From contig QXXX01000073.1 of the NCBI GenBank assembly GCA_009887195.1, positions 2,000-65,999 on the forward strand: 64,000 nt of DNA, written 5' to 3'. The notes beneath the pieces were generated by a model, which was not told the origin of the DNA, did not search any database, and was given only the letters and a program-made list of their open reading frames with translations. The translations under genes were made by a program, and so were the position numbers. The stretch comes from Candidatus Poseidoniales archaeon (GTDB lineage Archaea > Thermoplasmatota > Poseidoniia > Poseidoniales > Poseidoniaceae). Below are positions 49,663 through 60,434 of this stretch, piece after piece; position 1 is the stretch's first letter; the number at the start of each line of letters is the position of its first letter.

Positions 49663-50130
49663 ATGGCACAATCGAAAACCGAAGACCTAGGAGAAGATTT
49701 CTCTTACATACTTCGTATGGCTGATACCGATATTGATGGTCTAAAACCACTGGCTACAGCGCTAACAGCCGTCAAAGGAGTCGGGGCAAGAACCGCTAAC
49801 CAAATCTGTAGAAATACCGGATTTAGCGCCTTCGCTCTTGCTGGACATCTATCTATCGAAGACCAAGAAACACTCCGAGTAGCTATTGAAGGTTACAATG
49901 AATCGGTTCCGCTATGGATGCTCAACCGCCAAAGAGACTTAGAAACGGGTGATGAAATTCATTTGACCGGCCAACAAGTTTCGTTAACACTCAAAGACGA
50001 CATCACCAGACTACGTTCAATCAAATGTTACCGTGGTGTCAGACACGCTAACGGTAACAAAGTACGTGGTCAGCGTGGACGTTCAAACGGCCGTGGCGGC
50101 CTAACACTTGGTGTAAGCAAGAAGAAGTGA
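49663..50130 (+). CDS. rps13: 30S ribosomal protein S13 (uS13)
   Basis: FSYILRMADTDIDGLKP...GVGARTANQI and the C-terminal KCYRGVRHANGNKVRGQR...RKG tail are typical of archaeal uS13. Confidence 0.9.
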   Translation: MAQSKTEDLGEDFSYILRMADTDIDGLKPLATALTAVKGVGARTANQICRNTGFSAFALAGHLSIEDQETLRVAIEGYNESVPLWMLNRQRDLETGDEIHLTGQQVSLTLKDDITRLRSIKCYRGVRHANGNKVRGQRGRSNGRGGLTLGVSKKK

Positions 50131-50140
50131 GGGATTTATC

Positions 50141-50791
50141 ATGGGAGAGCCAAAGTTTTCGAGACCAAAGTTTGACACGCCTTCACATCCATGGAAGGCT
50201 GCAAGAATAGAAGAAGAACACGCAATTAAAGCCCAACACGGCCTTAAGAATATGCGAGAAATCTGGAAGGCTAAATCTCAACTAAGGCGTCACCGAAGAC
50301 AAGCCATGCGCTTGATCGGTATGGTTGATACCAGTGAAGGACACGGCAAGAAAGAGATGGAAGACATGCTTCGCTCGCTAAACAACAAGGGGCTAATTCA
50401 ATCAGATGCTTCTCTTGACGACGTTTTGTCATTGGGTACCGAAGATATTCTAAATCGAAGACTACAAGCTCAAGTATACTACAAAGGACTTGCAACTACT
50501 ATGAAGCAAGCAAGACAATTAGTAATTCATGGACTAATTTGTATCGGGGAGCAAAAAGTTACCATCCCCTCATATCCGGTCTCTAGAGACGAAGAAGAAC
50601 ATATCAAGTATCATTCCAGTAGCGAACTTAACAATCCTGAACACGCAATTAGAAAGACAATCGAAGGTCGAAGAGAGAAAGCTGAATATGCTGTAGACGA
50701 AGTCGACCCAGAAGCAACTCCAGAATTTGCTGCTGAAGTAAAGGCAGCCGCTGAAGCAGCACCATCAGCAAAAGAAGGAGGCGATGAGTGA
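50141..50791 (+). CDS. rps4: 30S ribosomal protein S4 (uS4)
   Basis: Has the S4 RNA-binding domain (RRLQAQVYYKGLATTMKQARQLVIHGLICIGEQKVTIPSYPV) with an archaeal acidic C-terminal extension. It is next in the S13-S4-S11 order. Confidence 0.9.
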   Translation: MGEPKFSRPKFDTPSHPWKAARIEEEHAIKAQHGLKNMREIWKAKSQLRRHRRQAMRLIGMVDTSEGHGKKEMEDMLRSLNNKGLIQSDASLDDVLSLGTEDILNRRLQAQVYYKGLATTMKQARQLVIHGLICIGEQKVTIPSYPVSRDEEEHIKYHSSSELNNPEHAIRKTIEGRREKAEYAVDEVDPEATPEFAAEVKAAAEAAPSAKEGGDE

Positions 50792-51174
50792 TGACCCGCA
50801 AAGCAATCGTCAATATATTCAGTTCTTACAACAATATTCTAATGACGGCAACCGACTTAACCGGTGCCGAAACAATCACTACCTGCTCAGGCGGGCAAAT
50901 GGTGAAATCTTCAAAGGATAGTGGTGGCCAATTCGCCGCTACTAGAGCAGCAGAAAAGTTAGCAGATGCGCTTAAAGACAAGGAATTCTCGCAACTAATA
51001 GTCAAATATCGAGCACCTGGTGGCAATTTGTCAAATAATACCGGTCCTGGTGCACAAGCAGCAATCAGAGCCTTGACTCGTGCTGGAATGACAATTACAA
51101 GAATCGAGGATGTAACTCCAATAGCTCACGATGGAACCAAGAAGAAAGGCGGCCGTCGTGGACGAAGAGTTTGA
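50788..51174 (+). CDS. rps11: 30S ribosomal protein S11 (uS11)
   Basis: IVNIFSSYNNILMTATDLTGAETI...SGG matches archaeal uS11. It has an ATGA overlap with rps4. Confidence 0.9.
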   Translation: MMTRKAIVNIFSSYNNILMTATDLTGAETITTCSGGQMVKSSKDSGGQFAATRAAEKLADALKDKEFSQLIVKYRAPGGNLSNNTGPGAQAAIRALTRAGMTITRIEDVTPIAHDGTKKKGGRRGRRV

Positions 51175-51189
51175 TTTAGAGGTGATATA

Positions 51190-52119
51190 GTGAAAGCAGA
51201 AGTCGTATCAGGATGGCCAAAAAACAACTCAATTAGAATCTCACTTAGCGAGACCGATGCATCTCAAGTGAATGCAATTCGTCGAGCATTAATTTCAGAT
51301 GTTCCTAAGTTAGCGATTAATAGAGTCAACTTTAGTCAAGGAGTAGTTGAGGCAAATGGAGAAATTCTAGAATCGGTTAACGTACTTCCCGATGAAGTAC
51401 TTGCTCACAGACTTGCAATGATTCCAATTCCAACTTTCCCTGAAGAAAAGCTGGCGTTTTTCGAAACCTGTAGCATTTGTATAGACTTAGTTGAATCAGA
51501 GAAAGGTTGCCCATCCTGTCAGGTACTATATTCGCTTAACATTCAAGGTCCTGCAGCCGATGCTGAAGAAGAATATATTACAGTTTATGCAGGAGATTTA
51601 ACAACTATTTCCGACCCAATGTTCGATGTCAGAGAAGAGCATAGAAAAATTCCTCTTACAATATTGTCGAAAGGACAATACCTCGAACTATACGCCTTTG
51701 CTACCCTTGGCAGAGGTTCTTCCCACCAAAAGTGGTCACCTGCAGCAGGAATCGGGTTTACCGTTCGCCGAGTTGCTAAACTTAACAATGCTAAGAAGGC
51801 TGATACGCTATTTGCTCTGAATCTGAAGACTAGTGACGGCCGTGATATCGATGCTAAATTGTTTGGTAAGGACAAAAAAATTGATGATATCAATACTGTA
51901 CTTGATCTTGAAAGAGCCCTACACCAAGTAGGCCCAGGAACAGGAAGAGAAGCAGATTTCGCCAATGCGATTACCATGGAAGACATGGAAGGAAGTTACA
52001 TTTTATCCTATGATACCGATGGTAGCATGAGTCCAGAGACCGCCTTTAATCTTGCAATGGAAGAACTATCCGACAGATTCACCAATCTGAACGGAGAAAT
52101 CAAGACAGCACTAAAGTGA
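51190..52119 (+). CDS. rpoD: DNA-directed RNA polymerase subunit D (Rpo3)
   Basis: It has a GTG start. The conserved subunit-D dimerisation domain is present. CSICIDLVESEKGCPSCQ is the Cys cluster found in archaeal Rpo3. Its position after rps11 is canonical. Confidence 0.8.
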   Translation: MKAEVVSGWPKNNSIRISLSETDASQVNAIRRALISDVPKLAINRVNFSQGVVEANGEILESVNVLPDEVLAHRLAMIPIPTFPEEKLAFFETCSICIDLVESEKGCPSCQVLYSLNIQGPAADAEEEYITVYAGDLTTISDPMFDVREEHRKIPLTILSKGQYLELYAFATLGRGSSHQKWSPAAGIGFTVRRVAKLNNAKKADTLFALNLKTSDGRDIDAKLFGKDKKIDDINTVLDLERALHQVGPGTGREADFANAITMEDMEGSYILSYDTDGSMSPETAFNLAMEELSDRFTNLNGEIKTALK

Positions 52120-52130
52120 AACAATTCGCT

Positions 52131-53291
52131 TTAGTAATGAGTAAATTCAACTTCAGCACCTAAGTGGACTACTTTGTGGCCATTATTGGTTACTTGACCG
52201 ATTATTTGTACGCCGTTCATTTTTTCTGTTAGCCATTCCGTGATTGCCACAGCATGTTGTGAATCTACTGCTAGTATCATACCGCAACCCATGTTGAAAG
52301 TACGATACATCTCCCAAGTATCAACACCACCAGTATTTGCCAGCCACTTGAATTCTGGATGTACAGGTAATGGGTTATCAATTTCCCAACCAAGAGACTT
52401 ATGCAATCTCAATAGATTCGACAAACCTCCTCCAGTGACATGACATATTCCGTGTATATCGTTAACCGAGAAATTAGATTCGGGCGACTGGGCTAATTTA
52501 ATCAAATCAACAACAGGGTCACAATATATTTTGGTAGGATTAAGAAATACTTCACCTAGGGTGACTTGTTTTTGTTCGACAAATCGTAATATTTCTCTAC
52601 CATTAGAGGCAGTGTCAAACGGGGCAGAATCGTGATATGAAAGTCCCGAATGATCAATAATTCGTCTTACTAATGAATACCCATTTGAGTGAATCCCCGA
52701 AGATGGCAGGCCGATCAACACATCCCCTGCTTGGAGATTTTCTCCAGTGATTGCCTCATTCTTTTTTAGATATCCAAGGGCAGTACCAGATAAATCAAGT
52801 TCTGTGACAATTCCTGGTAATGATGCAGTTTCTCCACCTGCTAATGTAACTCTAGCTAACCGACAAGCCTCGGCGAGAGATGCTCCAAGTGCAGCATGTA
52901 CCTCGGGGTCTGGTTTGGGCACTGCGACATAGTCAACAAAGGCAATTGGTTCTGCACCAACGCATAGTAAATCATTAACGTTCATGGCCATACAATCAAT
53001 TCCTACACCAGACCATTGGTTCAGTAGCGACGCAATTTGTAATTTACTGCCAACTCCATCAGTAGCTAAGGCAAGTAAGTTATCGCCAAATTCAATCAGC
53101 CCACCAAATCCACCCGGCAAATCTACTGGGGCACCAGGAGTTCCTGCAGGTCTGACAGATTTTCCTAATGAAGAGATTAGAGAGGCTACTGCTGAACCCT
53201 CCAAGTCAATGTCGACGCCAGCACTAGCGTAATCCATCTTATCTGTCATAACACTGCCAGCAACAGGCAGGCAATGAATAAACCGGCTCAA
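52131..53291 (-). CDS. purM: Phosphoribosylformylglycinamidine cyclo-ligase (AIR synthase)
   Basis: The N-terminal DYASAGVDIDLEGSAV...GGFGGLIEF matches the PurM consensus (Y.DAGVDID...GGFGGLF), with the C-terminal AIR-synthase-related fold. It has an ATGA overlap with the upstream esterase gene. Confidence 0.7.
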   Translation of the reverse strand: MSRFIHCLPVAGSVMTDKMDYASAGVDIDLEGSAVASLISSLGKSVRPAGTPGAPVDLPGGFGGLIEFGDNLLALATDGVGSKLQIASLLNQWSGVGIDCMAMNVNDLLCVGAEPIAFVDYVAVPKPDPEVHAALGASLAEACRLARVTLAGGETASLPGIVTELDLSGTALGYLKKNEAITGENLQAGDVLIGLPSSGIHSNGYSLVRRIIDHSGLSYHDSAPFDTASNGREILRFVEQKQVTLGEVFLNPTKIYCDPVVDLIKLAQSPESNFSVNDIHGICHVTGGGLSNLLRLHKSLGWEIDNPLPVHPEFKWLANTGGVDTWEMYRTFNMGCGMILAVDSQHAVAITEWLTEKMNGVQIIGQVTNNGHKVVHLGAEVEFTHY

Positions 53292-54292
53292 GAGTAGAGT
53301 GCTTCAGCAAGCAGAGGCATACTGCAATCTAAACGATAATCAATACCTGAATGAGTTCCTTGGAACTCTTCCCAGTGATGCTCTATACCATATTGTGTCA
53401 ATAATTCAACAAATACTCTGCTACCATATTGAATGCCATATTGATCAGCATTTCCACAATCAATAAACAACAGTTCTAGCGAAGACAAAGATTGATGATT
53501 TATTTTTACTGATTCAACAGGGTCATATTTTTCCCAATTATTCCAGAGTTCTAAATCAACGATACATGTCTCTAAATCAAACGGCAACGTCAATTTAGCA
53601 GTATTACTGTATGAAGCAGACATTGCACAAATCATCAATGCATGGAAGTCATCACCACTTAATTTACTGCTATCTTTTACGTGATTCAAGAACTTCTCTA
53701 AACCCCCAACCCGGTTAATCTGAGTTGCAGTTTTATGGAAATCTGCTTGGTATAGGTTTTCAAATCCAGCATCACCAGAGTGTGATGCTATCGCATGCCA
53801 TTGTCCGGGGTGATGTAGAGCATTGTGTAGCGCACCATATCCGCCAGAAGATTTCCCGAATAAAGCAAATTTCCCATTGGTCGAGTATCTTTGCGATAGT
53901 TCATCTTTCAATGGGCCATTGAGCCAAGAACTCCATTTTCCTAGAATAGGGGAATCAACAAATTGGTTACCCCCAAGAGAGGTAAAACAATCAGGCATCA
54001 CCAGTATAGTCGGCTTCATCATTCCATCATTGACTAATCTTTCATGTCTTTGTGGAAGGGTTTCTGAAAAAGCCCTCCAACCAGCTCTGGCTAGTCCAGA
54101 AGAAGTAAACGGGGCGAGGTAAATCATTACGGGCAAGCACTCACCTTGGTCAATTGCCGCTAATCCTTGAACGGGAATATGGACTAAAACCTCCCTTGTA
54201 AGCGGGTCTCCAATTGAATTAGTTAGCAATTCTGAATTAAATGAAAACCGCTCAAGTAGACCCATTGTCGGCGAGAAATTATGTTCGGGCAT
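53288..54292 (-). CDS. Alpha/beta-hydrolase of the putative-esterase family (S-formylglutathione hydrolase / enterochelin-esterase-like)
   Basis: The nucleophile-elbow GKSSGGYGAL lies within a roughly 330-aa alpha/beta-hydrolase-sized protein. Confidence 0.5.
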   Translation of the reverse strand: MPEHNFSPTMGLLERFSFNSELLTNSIGDPLTREVLVHIPVQGLAAIDQGECLPVMIYLAPFTSSGLARAGWRAFSETLPQRHERLVNDGMMKPTILVMPDCFTSLGGNQFVDSPILGKWSSWLNGPLKDELSQRYSTNGKFALFGKSSGGYGALHNALHHPGQWHAIASHSGDAGFENLYQADFHKTATQINRVGGLEKFLNHVKDSSKLSGDDFHALMICAMSASYSNTAKLTLPFDLETCIVDLELWNNWEKYDPVESVKINHQSLSSLELLFIDCGNADQYGIQYGSRVFVELLTQYGIEHHWEEFQGTHSGIDYRLDCSMPLLAEALYS

Positions 54293-54482
54293 GATAGGGC
54301 TAATCGGTCATTACTGATTTGTTAAACGGTTCCGCAATATTACAATGGACACGGGTTTTTTTGCGGTAAAGTGGCTGTAGAACCCACGAACTTTCCAGTG
54401 GAAACCTAGGGGTAGTAAGATTCTACAGAAGTAATCATATACCCTCGACGAATAGAATGACAGTCTACCCAGACAAGAAAAG

Positions 54483-56618
54483 GTGATATCAATGTTGCAA
54501 GAATTTGATTTAGCGGCGAGATGGACGTCGATGATTCAGGACCTGTACGCAGAGGCCGTACACAATCTTGCACAAAAGTGGCCAGACGAACAATCGCTTG
54601 AGGTTTCTTATCGACTTATCGAAGGGTTTGATGATGATTTTGCGCAAAACATCATCGCCCGACCGGATTTACATTTCCAAGCAGCAAATCAAGCATTACG
54701 TCAATTTTTGCAAGATGAAGGACATAATTCGATGTATCCATTTGTCCGGATAGTTCACCTACCAAGCGATCAAGTTAGGACGGTTTCACAACTTAGAGCC
54801 GATGACATCAGCATGATGCTATCAATCGATGCGATCGCCACTAAGATTTCTGGGGTTCGGCCAAGGATTTACTCCGCATCTTTCCTGTGCGCATCTTGCG
54901 GGCACGTTACCGACATCAAGCAACCAAACGAGCAAGAATTAGTTGAGCCAATCGAATGTTCACAAATCGATGGTGGATGCGGCCGTCCAAAACGCCAGAC
55001 TAGATTCATATTACAGGAAGATGAATCGATACTAATCAATTCGCAATTTATTGAGTTACAAGAATCTCCAGAACAATTGAAGGGCGGAATCCAACCTGAG
55101 AGAATTATTTGCATAGGTGAGCACGACATTGCTGGAAAACTGAATCCTGGAGATCGGGTAAAGGCTAACGGAGTACTATTTATCCGCTCACAACGCAAAG
55201 GTGGCAAAGACACTCCGGTTTTCGATATATTCCTTCGAATACACTCCTTGGAGCGGCAAAATGTCCCACTTGAAGAAATTTCAATAACCGAAGACGAGGA
55301 ACTTGAAATTAAGGAATTAGCTAACCGGTCTGATATTTATGATCTGTTTAGTGAGAGTATTGCTCCATCAATTTTCGGGATGTCTAGGGTCAAAGAATCA
55401 TTAATGTTGCAACTATTTGGTGGCGTTGCTAGAATAAATCCTGATGGTACTAGAAATCGTGGTGACATTCACATATTGTTAATGGGAGACCCCGGTGTTG
55501 CTAAATCCCAACTTCTCGACTATATGTCCAAAATTTCTCCAAGAGGTCAGTTCACTTCTGGACAATCTGCATCAGCAGCAGGTTTGACTGCTGCAGCAGT
55601 ACAGGATTCTGCCGCCGACGGCAGATGGACACTAGAGGCAGGTGCACTAGTTCTAGCAGACCTCGGTCTTGCAGCTATTGACGAATTCGACAAAATGAAC
55701 GAATCTGACAGGTCAAGTATGCACGAAGCCATGGAGCAACAGACGATTTCAATTTCTAAGGCGGGAATAAATGCCAGTTTGCGTACTAGATGTGCAGTAC
55801 TTGCAGCAGCCAACCCTAAGAGTGGTAAATTTGAACCAGTTTCAGATATCCCATTTACTGCCCAAATAAATCTCGCACCACCACTGGTTTCACGATTTGA
55901 TATAATTTGGCTGCTTACCGATATTGCTGAACAAGAAAAAGACGCAAAAATAGCTCGTCACATAATTAACAATAGGTTGCTAGGAACCAGTGAATTGTTA
56001 GTAAATCAGGGCAGTGCTCCTGACCCATCAAGAAAATCCTCAGCCGCGATGAAGAAATCTCAAGAGGGCGATGAAATTCTTTCCAAAGAGTTGATCAGAA
56101 AATACATTGCTTATTCAAAGCGAACTATTCATCCAAAATTGGAAGAGGAGGCAAGGAATAGAATTGTGGCATTTTATGTTGAAACTAGAAAGAAGGGTGG
56201 CGAATCATCTGACAGTGTTTCAATTACCGCAAGGTCTCTAGAAGCGGTGGCTAGGATGGCGGAAGCCAGCGCTAGAATTCGTCTTGCAGATATAGCCACA
56301 GTTGAAGATGTCGAACGCGCCATTCGTTTGACTAGAACTTGGCGAAATGAGTTGATGGGTGAAAACTTCGATGAGACCGCACTTCATACTGGTAAGAAGG
56401 CAACTGCAAGGAATAGCGAGAGAATATTATTAGACATAATCGGCGATTTACAAGCCGCATCGACAGATAATCTCAAGGTGGCAAATCTAATTGATATTTT
56501 TAACGAGGCTCAAAATAATAATATCGATCGCAACAAGGTGGAAGATATGATTGAAAAGATGATTAGAGAGGGCCGTCTAATGAGGCCTCGCGGTTATGAT
56601 ACCATACAGAAATTGTGA
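54483..56618 (+). CDS. mcm: Replicative helicase MCM
   Basis: Has an N-terminal zinc finger (CASCGH...C..C), Walker A IHILLMGDPGVAKSQLL, Walker B DEFDKM, an arginine finger region and a C-terminal winged-helix. Confidence 0.9.
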   Translation: MISMLQEFDLAARWTSMIQDLYAEAVHNLAQKWPDEQSLEVSYRLIEGFDDDFAQNIIARPDLHFQAANQALRQFLQDEGHNSMYPFVRIVHLPSDQVRTVSQLRADDISMMLSIDAIATKISGVRPRIYSASFLCASCGHVTDIKQPNEQELVEPIECSQIDGGCGRPKRQTRFILQEDESILINSQFIELQESPEQLKGGIQPERIICIGEHDIAGKLNPGDRVKANGVLFIRSQRKGGKDTPVFDIFLRIHSLERQNVPLEEISITEDEELEIKELANRSDIYDLFSESIAPSIFGMSRVKESLMLQLFGGVARINPDGTRNRGDIHILLMGDPGVAKSQLLDYMSKISPRGQFTSGQSASAAGLTAAAVQDSAADGRWTLEAGALVLADLGLAAIDEFDKMNESDRSSMHEAMEQQTISISKAGINASLRTRCAVLAAANPKSGKFEPVSDIPFTAQINLAPPLVSRFDIIWLLTDIAEQEKDAKIARHIINNRLLGTSELLVNQGSAPDPSRKSSAAMKKSQEGDEILSKELIRKYIAYSKRTIHPKLEEEARNRIVAFYVETRKKGGESSDSVSITARSLEAVARMAEASARIRLADIATVEDVERAIRLTRTWRNELMGENFDETALHTGKKATARNSERILLDIIGDLQAASTDNLKVANLIDIFNEAQNNNIDRNKVEDMIEKMIREGRLMRPRGYDTIQKL

Positions 56619-56663
56619 ATAATCAATCGTTGCTATCTTGAATGATGAACTACTGGGATTGGT

Positions 56664-58694
56664 ATGGCGGAGCCACATATTACAGAGCCTGAAGGCGATG
56701 TGGCAGATGCTAGTAACCTAAATCCTCAACAATTAGGATTTATGTGTGGTATAGAAGTTCACCAGCAATTAGCTACCGGGAAATTACATTCAAGACAACC
56801 GGGCGATTTGTATGATGTCACAATTGACAGCCTACCTGAAAACTGGCCTAGATTTTCACGGAAACTTAGAGCAGCACGTGGAGAAGGTGGCCGCATTGAT
56901 ATCGCAGCTAGGTTTGAAACCAAAAGAAACCGTTCTTTTGAATATGCCCAATCACCTAATTCAGGATTAATTGAACTAGACGAACAACCACCACTTACCC
57001 ATGACAACGATGCACTAGATATTGCTCTGACTACTGCGGCTTTACTAGAAGCCAATCCCGTCTCTTTGCTCCAGACAATGCGCAAGACGGTCGTAGATGG
57101 GTCAAATACCAGCGGTTTTCAAAGAACAACACTTGTGTCAACCGGTGGTAAACTGCAAACAGAAAGTGGCCCAGTTGGTATTTCAGTCCTGTTGTTGGAA
57201 GAAGATAGTGCTAGAAAATTAGACACTTATCAAACCGATACTGGGGAATGTGTAATCTACAATCTAGACCGACTCGGACTGCCGCTAATTGAAATAGCGA
57301 CTGACCCTGATGTCAAGACTCCAAACCATGCTAAGGAAACCTCAATTGCACTGGGCAGAACACTTAGGCAAACCAGGCGGGTGCGCAGAGGCCTTGGTAG
57401 TATTAGGCAAGATCTCAATGTATCGTTAGCCTGCGGTGATAGAATTGAAATAAAAGGTTGTCAAGATCTCAATTGGATACCAAGAATTATCAGGCTAGAA
57501 ATGGCTCGTCAGTTACACTTTTATCGCTTGGCAAATACTCTTCGCAACAAATATTCATTGCCCGTTTTGCCGCCGGATAGAAGACTTGATGATGCGGCGG
57601 TTGAGGCAGAAGTTAGCCAAGAAATAGCTAAACAACTACCACTGAATTTAGTCGACGTAAGCGAATTATTCTCTAGTTGTGAATCAAATATGGTGATAAC
57701 TGGCTTAAGCAGTGGCGCCCAAATGATTGCTCTATCGCTACCCGGTCTTGACGGACTTATCGGTGCAAAACAATTAGACGTTGAAGGCGCCCAATTACCA
57801 AGACTTGGTAGAGAATTAGCCGGGGCGGCAAAATTAGCTGGAGTCAAAGGAGTGTTTCACTCTGATGAATTGCCGGCTTACGGCATTGAATCAAGCCACG
57901 TCAGCGGAGTACGCGACCAACTAAAATTGTCCGACAGTGACGCATTTGTATTGTGTTTAGCACCTAGATGGCAAGCAGACTTAGCGCTGGAAAGCGTTTT
58001 ACTAAGAGCCCGAGCTGCATGGCATAGAATCCCTCAAGAAGTTCGCAATGTGGTGGTCAAGAAAGGCTCCCCCGAAGACGGCACAACCGCACCAATGCGA
58101 CCGCTTCCTAGCGGTGCTCGAATGTACCCTGAAACAGATATCCCAACCACTTCAGTAAGCAGTTCTATGTGGCAAAGTATCCTAGAAAATATGCCTATGA
58201 CCGACATAGAGAGGCAAGACAGGTTGAGCAAATATGATATTTCAGGCGACCAAAGCGAACAACTCCTCGCTAGGGAATTAGATGATAGTTTTGTAGATTA
58301 TCAAAACGATTTACCAGCAAAGGGTTGGGCGACAGTCTTGTTGGAAAATGATGAAGTTGACCCTGCACTTTCCAGTTTGGTATTATTAGCAAAAGAACAG
58401 GGAGAACTTACTCGCGAAGCAATCAATGACGTAATTACTAATTTTGCTAATAGTGGCGCAACCATGGCAGAAATCCAATCATTTGCTGAACAAAACGGGT
58501 TGAAACCAGCGGATACATCTTCTTTACAATCAGTAATAGACGCTGTAGTTCTCGAACGAATTGATTTTGTTAAAGAGCGAGGCATGGGCGCAATAGGCCC
58601 TCTTATGGGAGTGGTTATGCAGAAGGCTGGCGCAGCAGACGGCAAAGCAGTCAGCGCTCTGCTAAAACAAGCAATCATGGATGCAACCAAGTGA
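56664..58694 (+). CDS. gatE: Glutamyl-tRNA(Gln) amidotransferase subunit E
   Basis: The N-terminal LGFMCGIEVHQQLATGKL matches the GatE/GatB catalytic core. It is 676 aa with a C-terminal GatB/YqeY-like domain. No gatD is adjacent in the window. Confidence 0.8.
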   Translation: MAEPHITEPEGDVADASNLNPQQLGFMCGIEVHQQLATGKLHSRQPGDLYDVTIDSLPENWPRFSRKLRAARGEGGRIDIAARFETKRNRSFEYAQSPNSGLIELDEQPPLTHDNDALDIALTTAALLEANPVSLLQTMRKTVVDGSNTSGFQRTTLVSTGGKLQTESGPVGISVLLLEEDSARKLDTYQTDTGECVIYNLDRLGLPLIEIATDPDVKTPNHAKETSIALGRTLRQTRRVRRGLGSIRQDLNVSLACGDRIEIKGCQDLNWIPRIIRLEMARQLHFYRLANTLRNKYSLPVLPPDRRLDDAAVEAEVSQEIAKQLPLNLVDVSELFSSCESNMVITGLSSGAQMIALSLPGLDGLIGAKQLDVEGAQLPRLGRELAGAAKLAGVKGVFHSDELPAYGIESSHVSGVRDQLKLSDSDAFVLCLAPRWQADLALESVLLRARAAWHRIPQEVRNVVVKKGSPEDGTTAPMRPLPSGARMYPETDIPTTSVSSSMWQSILENMPMTDIERQDRLSKYDISGDQSEQLLARELDDSFVDYQNDLPAKGWATVLLENDEVDPALSSLVLLAKEQGELTREAINDVITNFANSGATMAEIQSFAEQNGLKPADTSSLQSVIDAVVLERIDFVKERGMGAIGPLMGVVMQKAGAADGKAVSALLKQAIMDATK

Positions 58695-60394
58695 ATAAAA
58701 TGCGAATAATTGCCACATTTTTTGCTGTTTTATTATTCTTATTAGCCCCTATTAGTGCCGCAGAATCAAATGATAGCAATTGGACAAGCGACCTGACCCA
58801 GCAATGGGATATAGATTTCGAAGCAGTTTATGTGTCCACTAGGCCAGTTATTATCGACGAATCAATTTACGTTAGAACCTCCTCTTCAACAATTGATAAT
58901 GGCGTACCAACAATATATTCTCTAGATTTTTCAGGTAACCAGCAATGGGAGGTGACTAATCCTAATTCAACCAAACAAGATATGTCACCAATATTATCTG
59001 TCAGTGCTGGAAATGGAGAATGTGGTAATTGGCCAGACATGCTGTTGATCGGTTGGTCAGATGGACTTTTCCAAGCTTTAAATCCAACAAACGGCAACGT
59101 CATCTGGCAACATAGTACAGAGTTTCTAAGTTGGGGAATAACTGGTAAAGCAACACTAGACGGGGACTCAATAATCATCCCAACAAGAACCGGAATTGAC
59201 AAACTGTGTTTAGATGGCGACCTAGAATTTTCTCAACAATTAGGCCTAGGCTGGAGAAATAGTCCAACTGCGCTTAATGGCGAGTATTGGATTGGAGATG
59301 AGTCGGGAACTTTGTGGCATGTGTCTGCTAACCAATCAGTAAATTCCTACTCTATTGGGGAAGGGAAAATTCGCCACCAGCCTTTGATTATTGATGATGA
59401 TAATTTACTAATCCATTTGCAATTGCCTTCCGAAAGTGAACTTAAATCGCTAGATACTACAACAGGTGAGTTAACTACCGTAGCAAAATTGGGCTCGTCG
59501 CCAGCTATGCCTGAGATAATGAATCAATACGTAATTACTGCTGATGCTAGTTATGTGTCCCTGATTGACTGCTTGGAAAATTGTCACATGGTGAACCAAG
59601 TTCCTTTCAGATCTAATGGCGAGGTTTCAATAATTTTTGATGACTATATTTTCCTACCGCATAATTCTCAAGAGGGCGGATACGGTATCTTCACAATTTC
59701 AGATGAAGGAGAATTGTATCAGGTCGATACACTAAATTTTGCGGATGATTGGTACGGAACAGCAGGACTAGCAGGACATGAGGTTAACGGCCAAAAGCAA
59801 ATACTGGTGGTCAATGATAATGCAAACCTAAAATTCTTATCAACCGATTATGTATTAACTCTTGAATCAAGCAATGCAGATTCTGATTGGGCGACCATCT
59901 TTGCTATGGTACTGGCTTTGATTATAATTTCAACGACTGGCATCCAACTTCTAAGAGAGCGATTTCAATCGGCATTCAAATTCTTTATTTTGTTCATCAC
60001 AATATTGGTCTACTTTAGTCTTGGAGATATAATCAGTGCCTGGGCCGATCTTGTTGAGGACTCGGATAACAGTGACCCCGATGATGCTTGGTCGGAAAAT
60101 TGGCCAGACAAGTGGCTTGGTACGCAAGTTGTAATCTTTGAATTTAAGGACGGGCTCATCGAGGCTGGCGGCTATGTTGGTCACGAAGACGTCCTTGAAC
60201 TGACTAAATACGCAACCAGTGAACAAGGCATCGACCTTGAGATATCTGATACCAGCTTTGGCAAATATGTAGTGAGTATTGATGGAAAATCAGGCGATGG
60301 GTGGGAGTACTATGTCAACGGTCAAGCGGGCACAATATCTGCTGAGTATCAATCAATTGATTCTAATGCAGTAGTGGTATGGAAACAACTCTAG
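58691..60394 (+). CDS. Secreted PQQ-like beta-propeller protein with a 2-TM hairpin and a C-terminal DUF4430-like (transcobalamin-C-terminal-like) domain
   Basis: Has a signal peptide (MRIIATFFAVLLFLLAPISAAES), propeller repeats (GNVIWQHS; GTLWHV), and two hydrophobic helices (WATIFAMVLALIIISTTGIQLL; FFILFITILVYFSLGDIISAW). The C-terminal approximately 110 aa (GKYVVSIDGKSGDGWEYYVNGQAG...AVVVWKQL) resemble the DUF4430 W-x-Y-x-VNG signature. Confidence 0.5.
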   Translation: MNKMRIIATFFAVLLFLLAPISAAESNDSNWTSDLTQQWDIDFEAVYVSTRPVIIDESIYVRTSSSTIDNGVPTIYSLDFSGNQQWEVTNPNSTKQDMSPILSVSAGNGECGNWPDMLLIGWSDGLFQALNPTNGNVIWQHSTEFLSWGITGKATLDGDSIIIPTRTGIDKLCLDGDLEFSQQLGLGWRNSPTALNGEYWIGDESGTLWHVSANQSVNSYSIGEGKIRHQPLIIDDDNLLIHLQLPSESELKSLDTTTGELTTVAKLGSSPAMPEIMNQYVITADASYVSLIDCLENCHMVNQVPFRSNGEVSIIFDDYIFLPHNSQEGGYGIFTISDEGELYQVDTLNFADDWYGTAGLAGHEVNGQKQILVVNDNANLKFLSTDYVLTLESSNADSDWATIFAMVLALIIISTTGIQLLRERFQSAFKFFILFITILVYFSLGDIISAWADLVEDSDNSDPDDAWSENWPDKWLGTQVVIFEFKDGLIEAGGYVGHEDVLELTKYATSEQGIDLEISDTSFGKYVVSIDGKSGDGWEYYVNGQAGTISAEYQSIDSNAVVVWKQL

Positions 60395-60434
60395 TTTAGG
60401 TAATACTCAAGTCATCCGACTGCTAGGCCTGTAT

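Noticed and set aside
54293-54482. The 190-bp intergenic region upstream of mcm was considered as a possible replication origin.
   Set aside because: No repeated ORB-like elements or extended AT-rich unwinding stretch are visible. No orc1/cdc6 gene is adjacent, so it is more likely a simple promoter.
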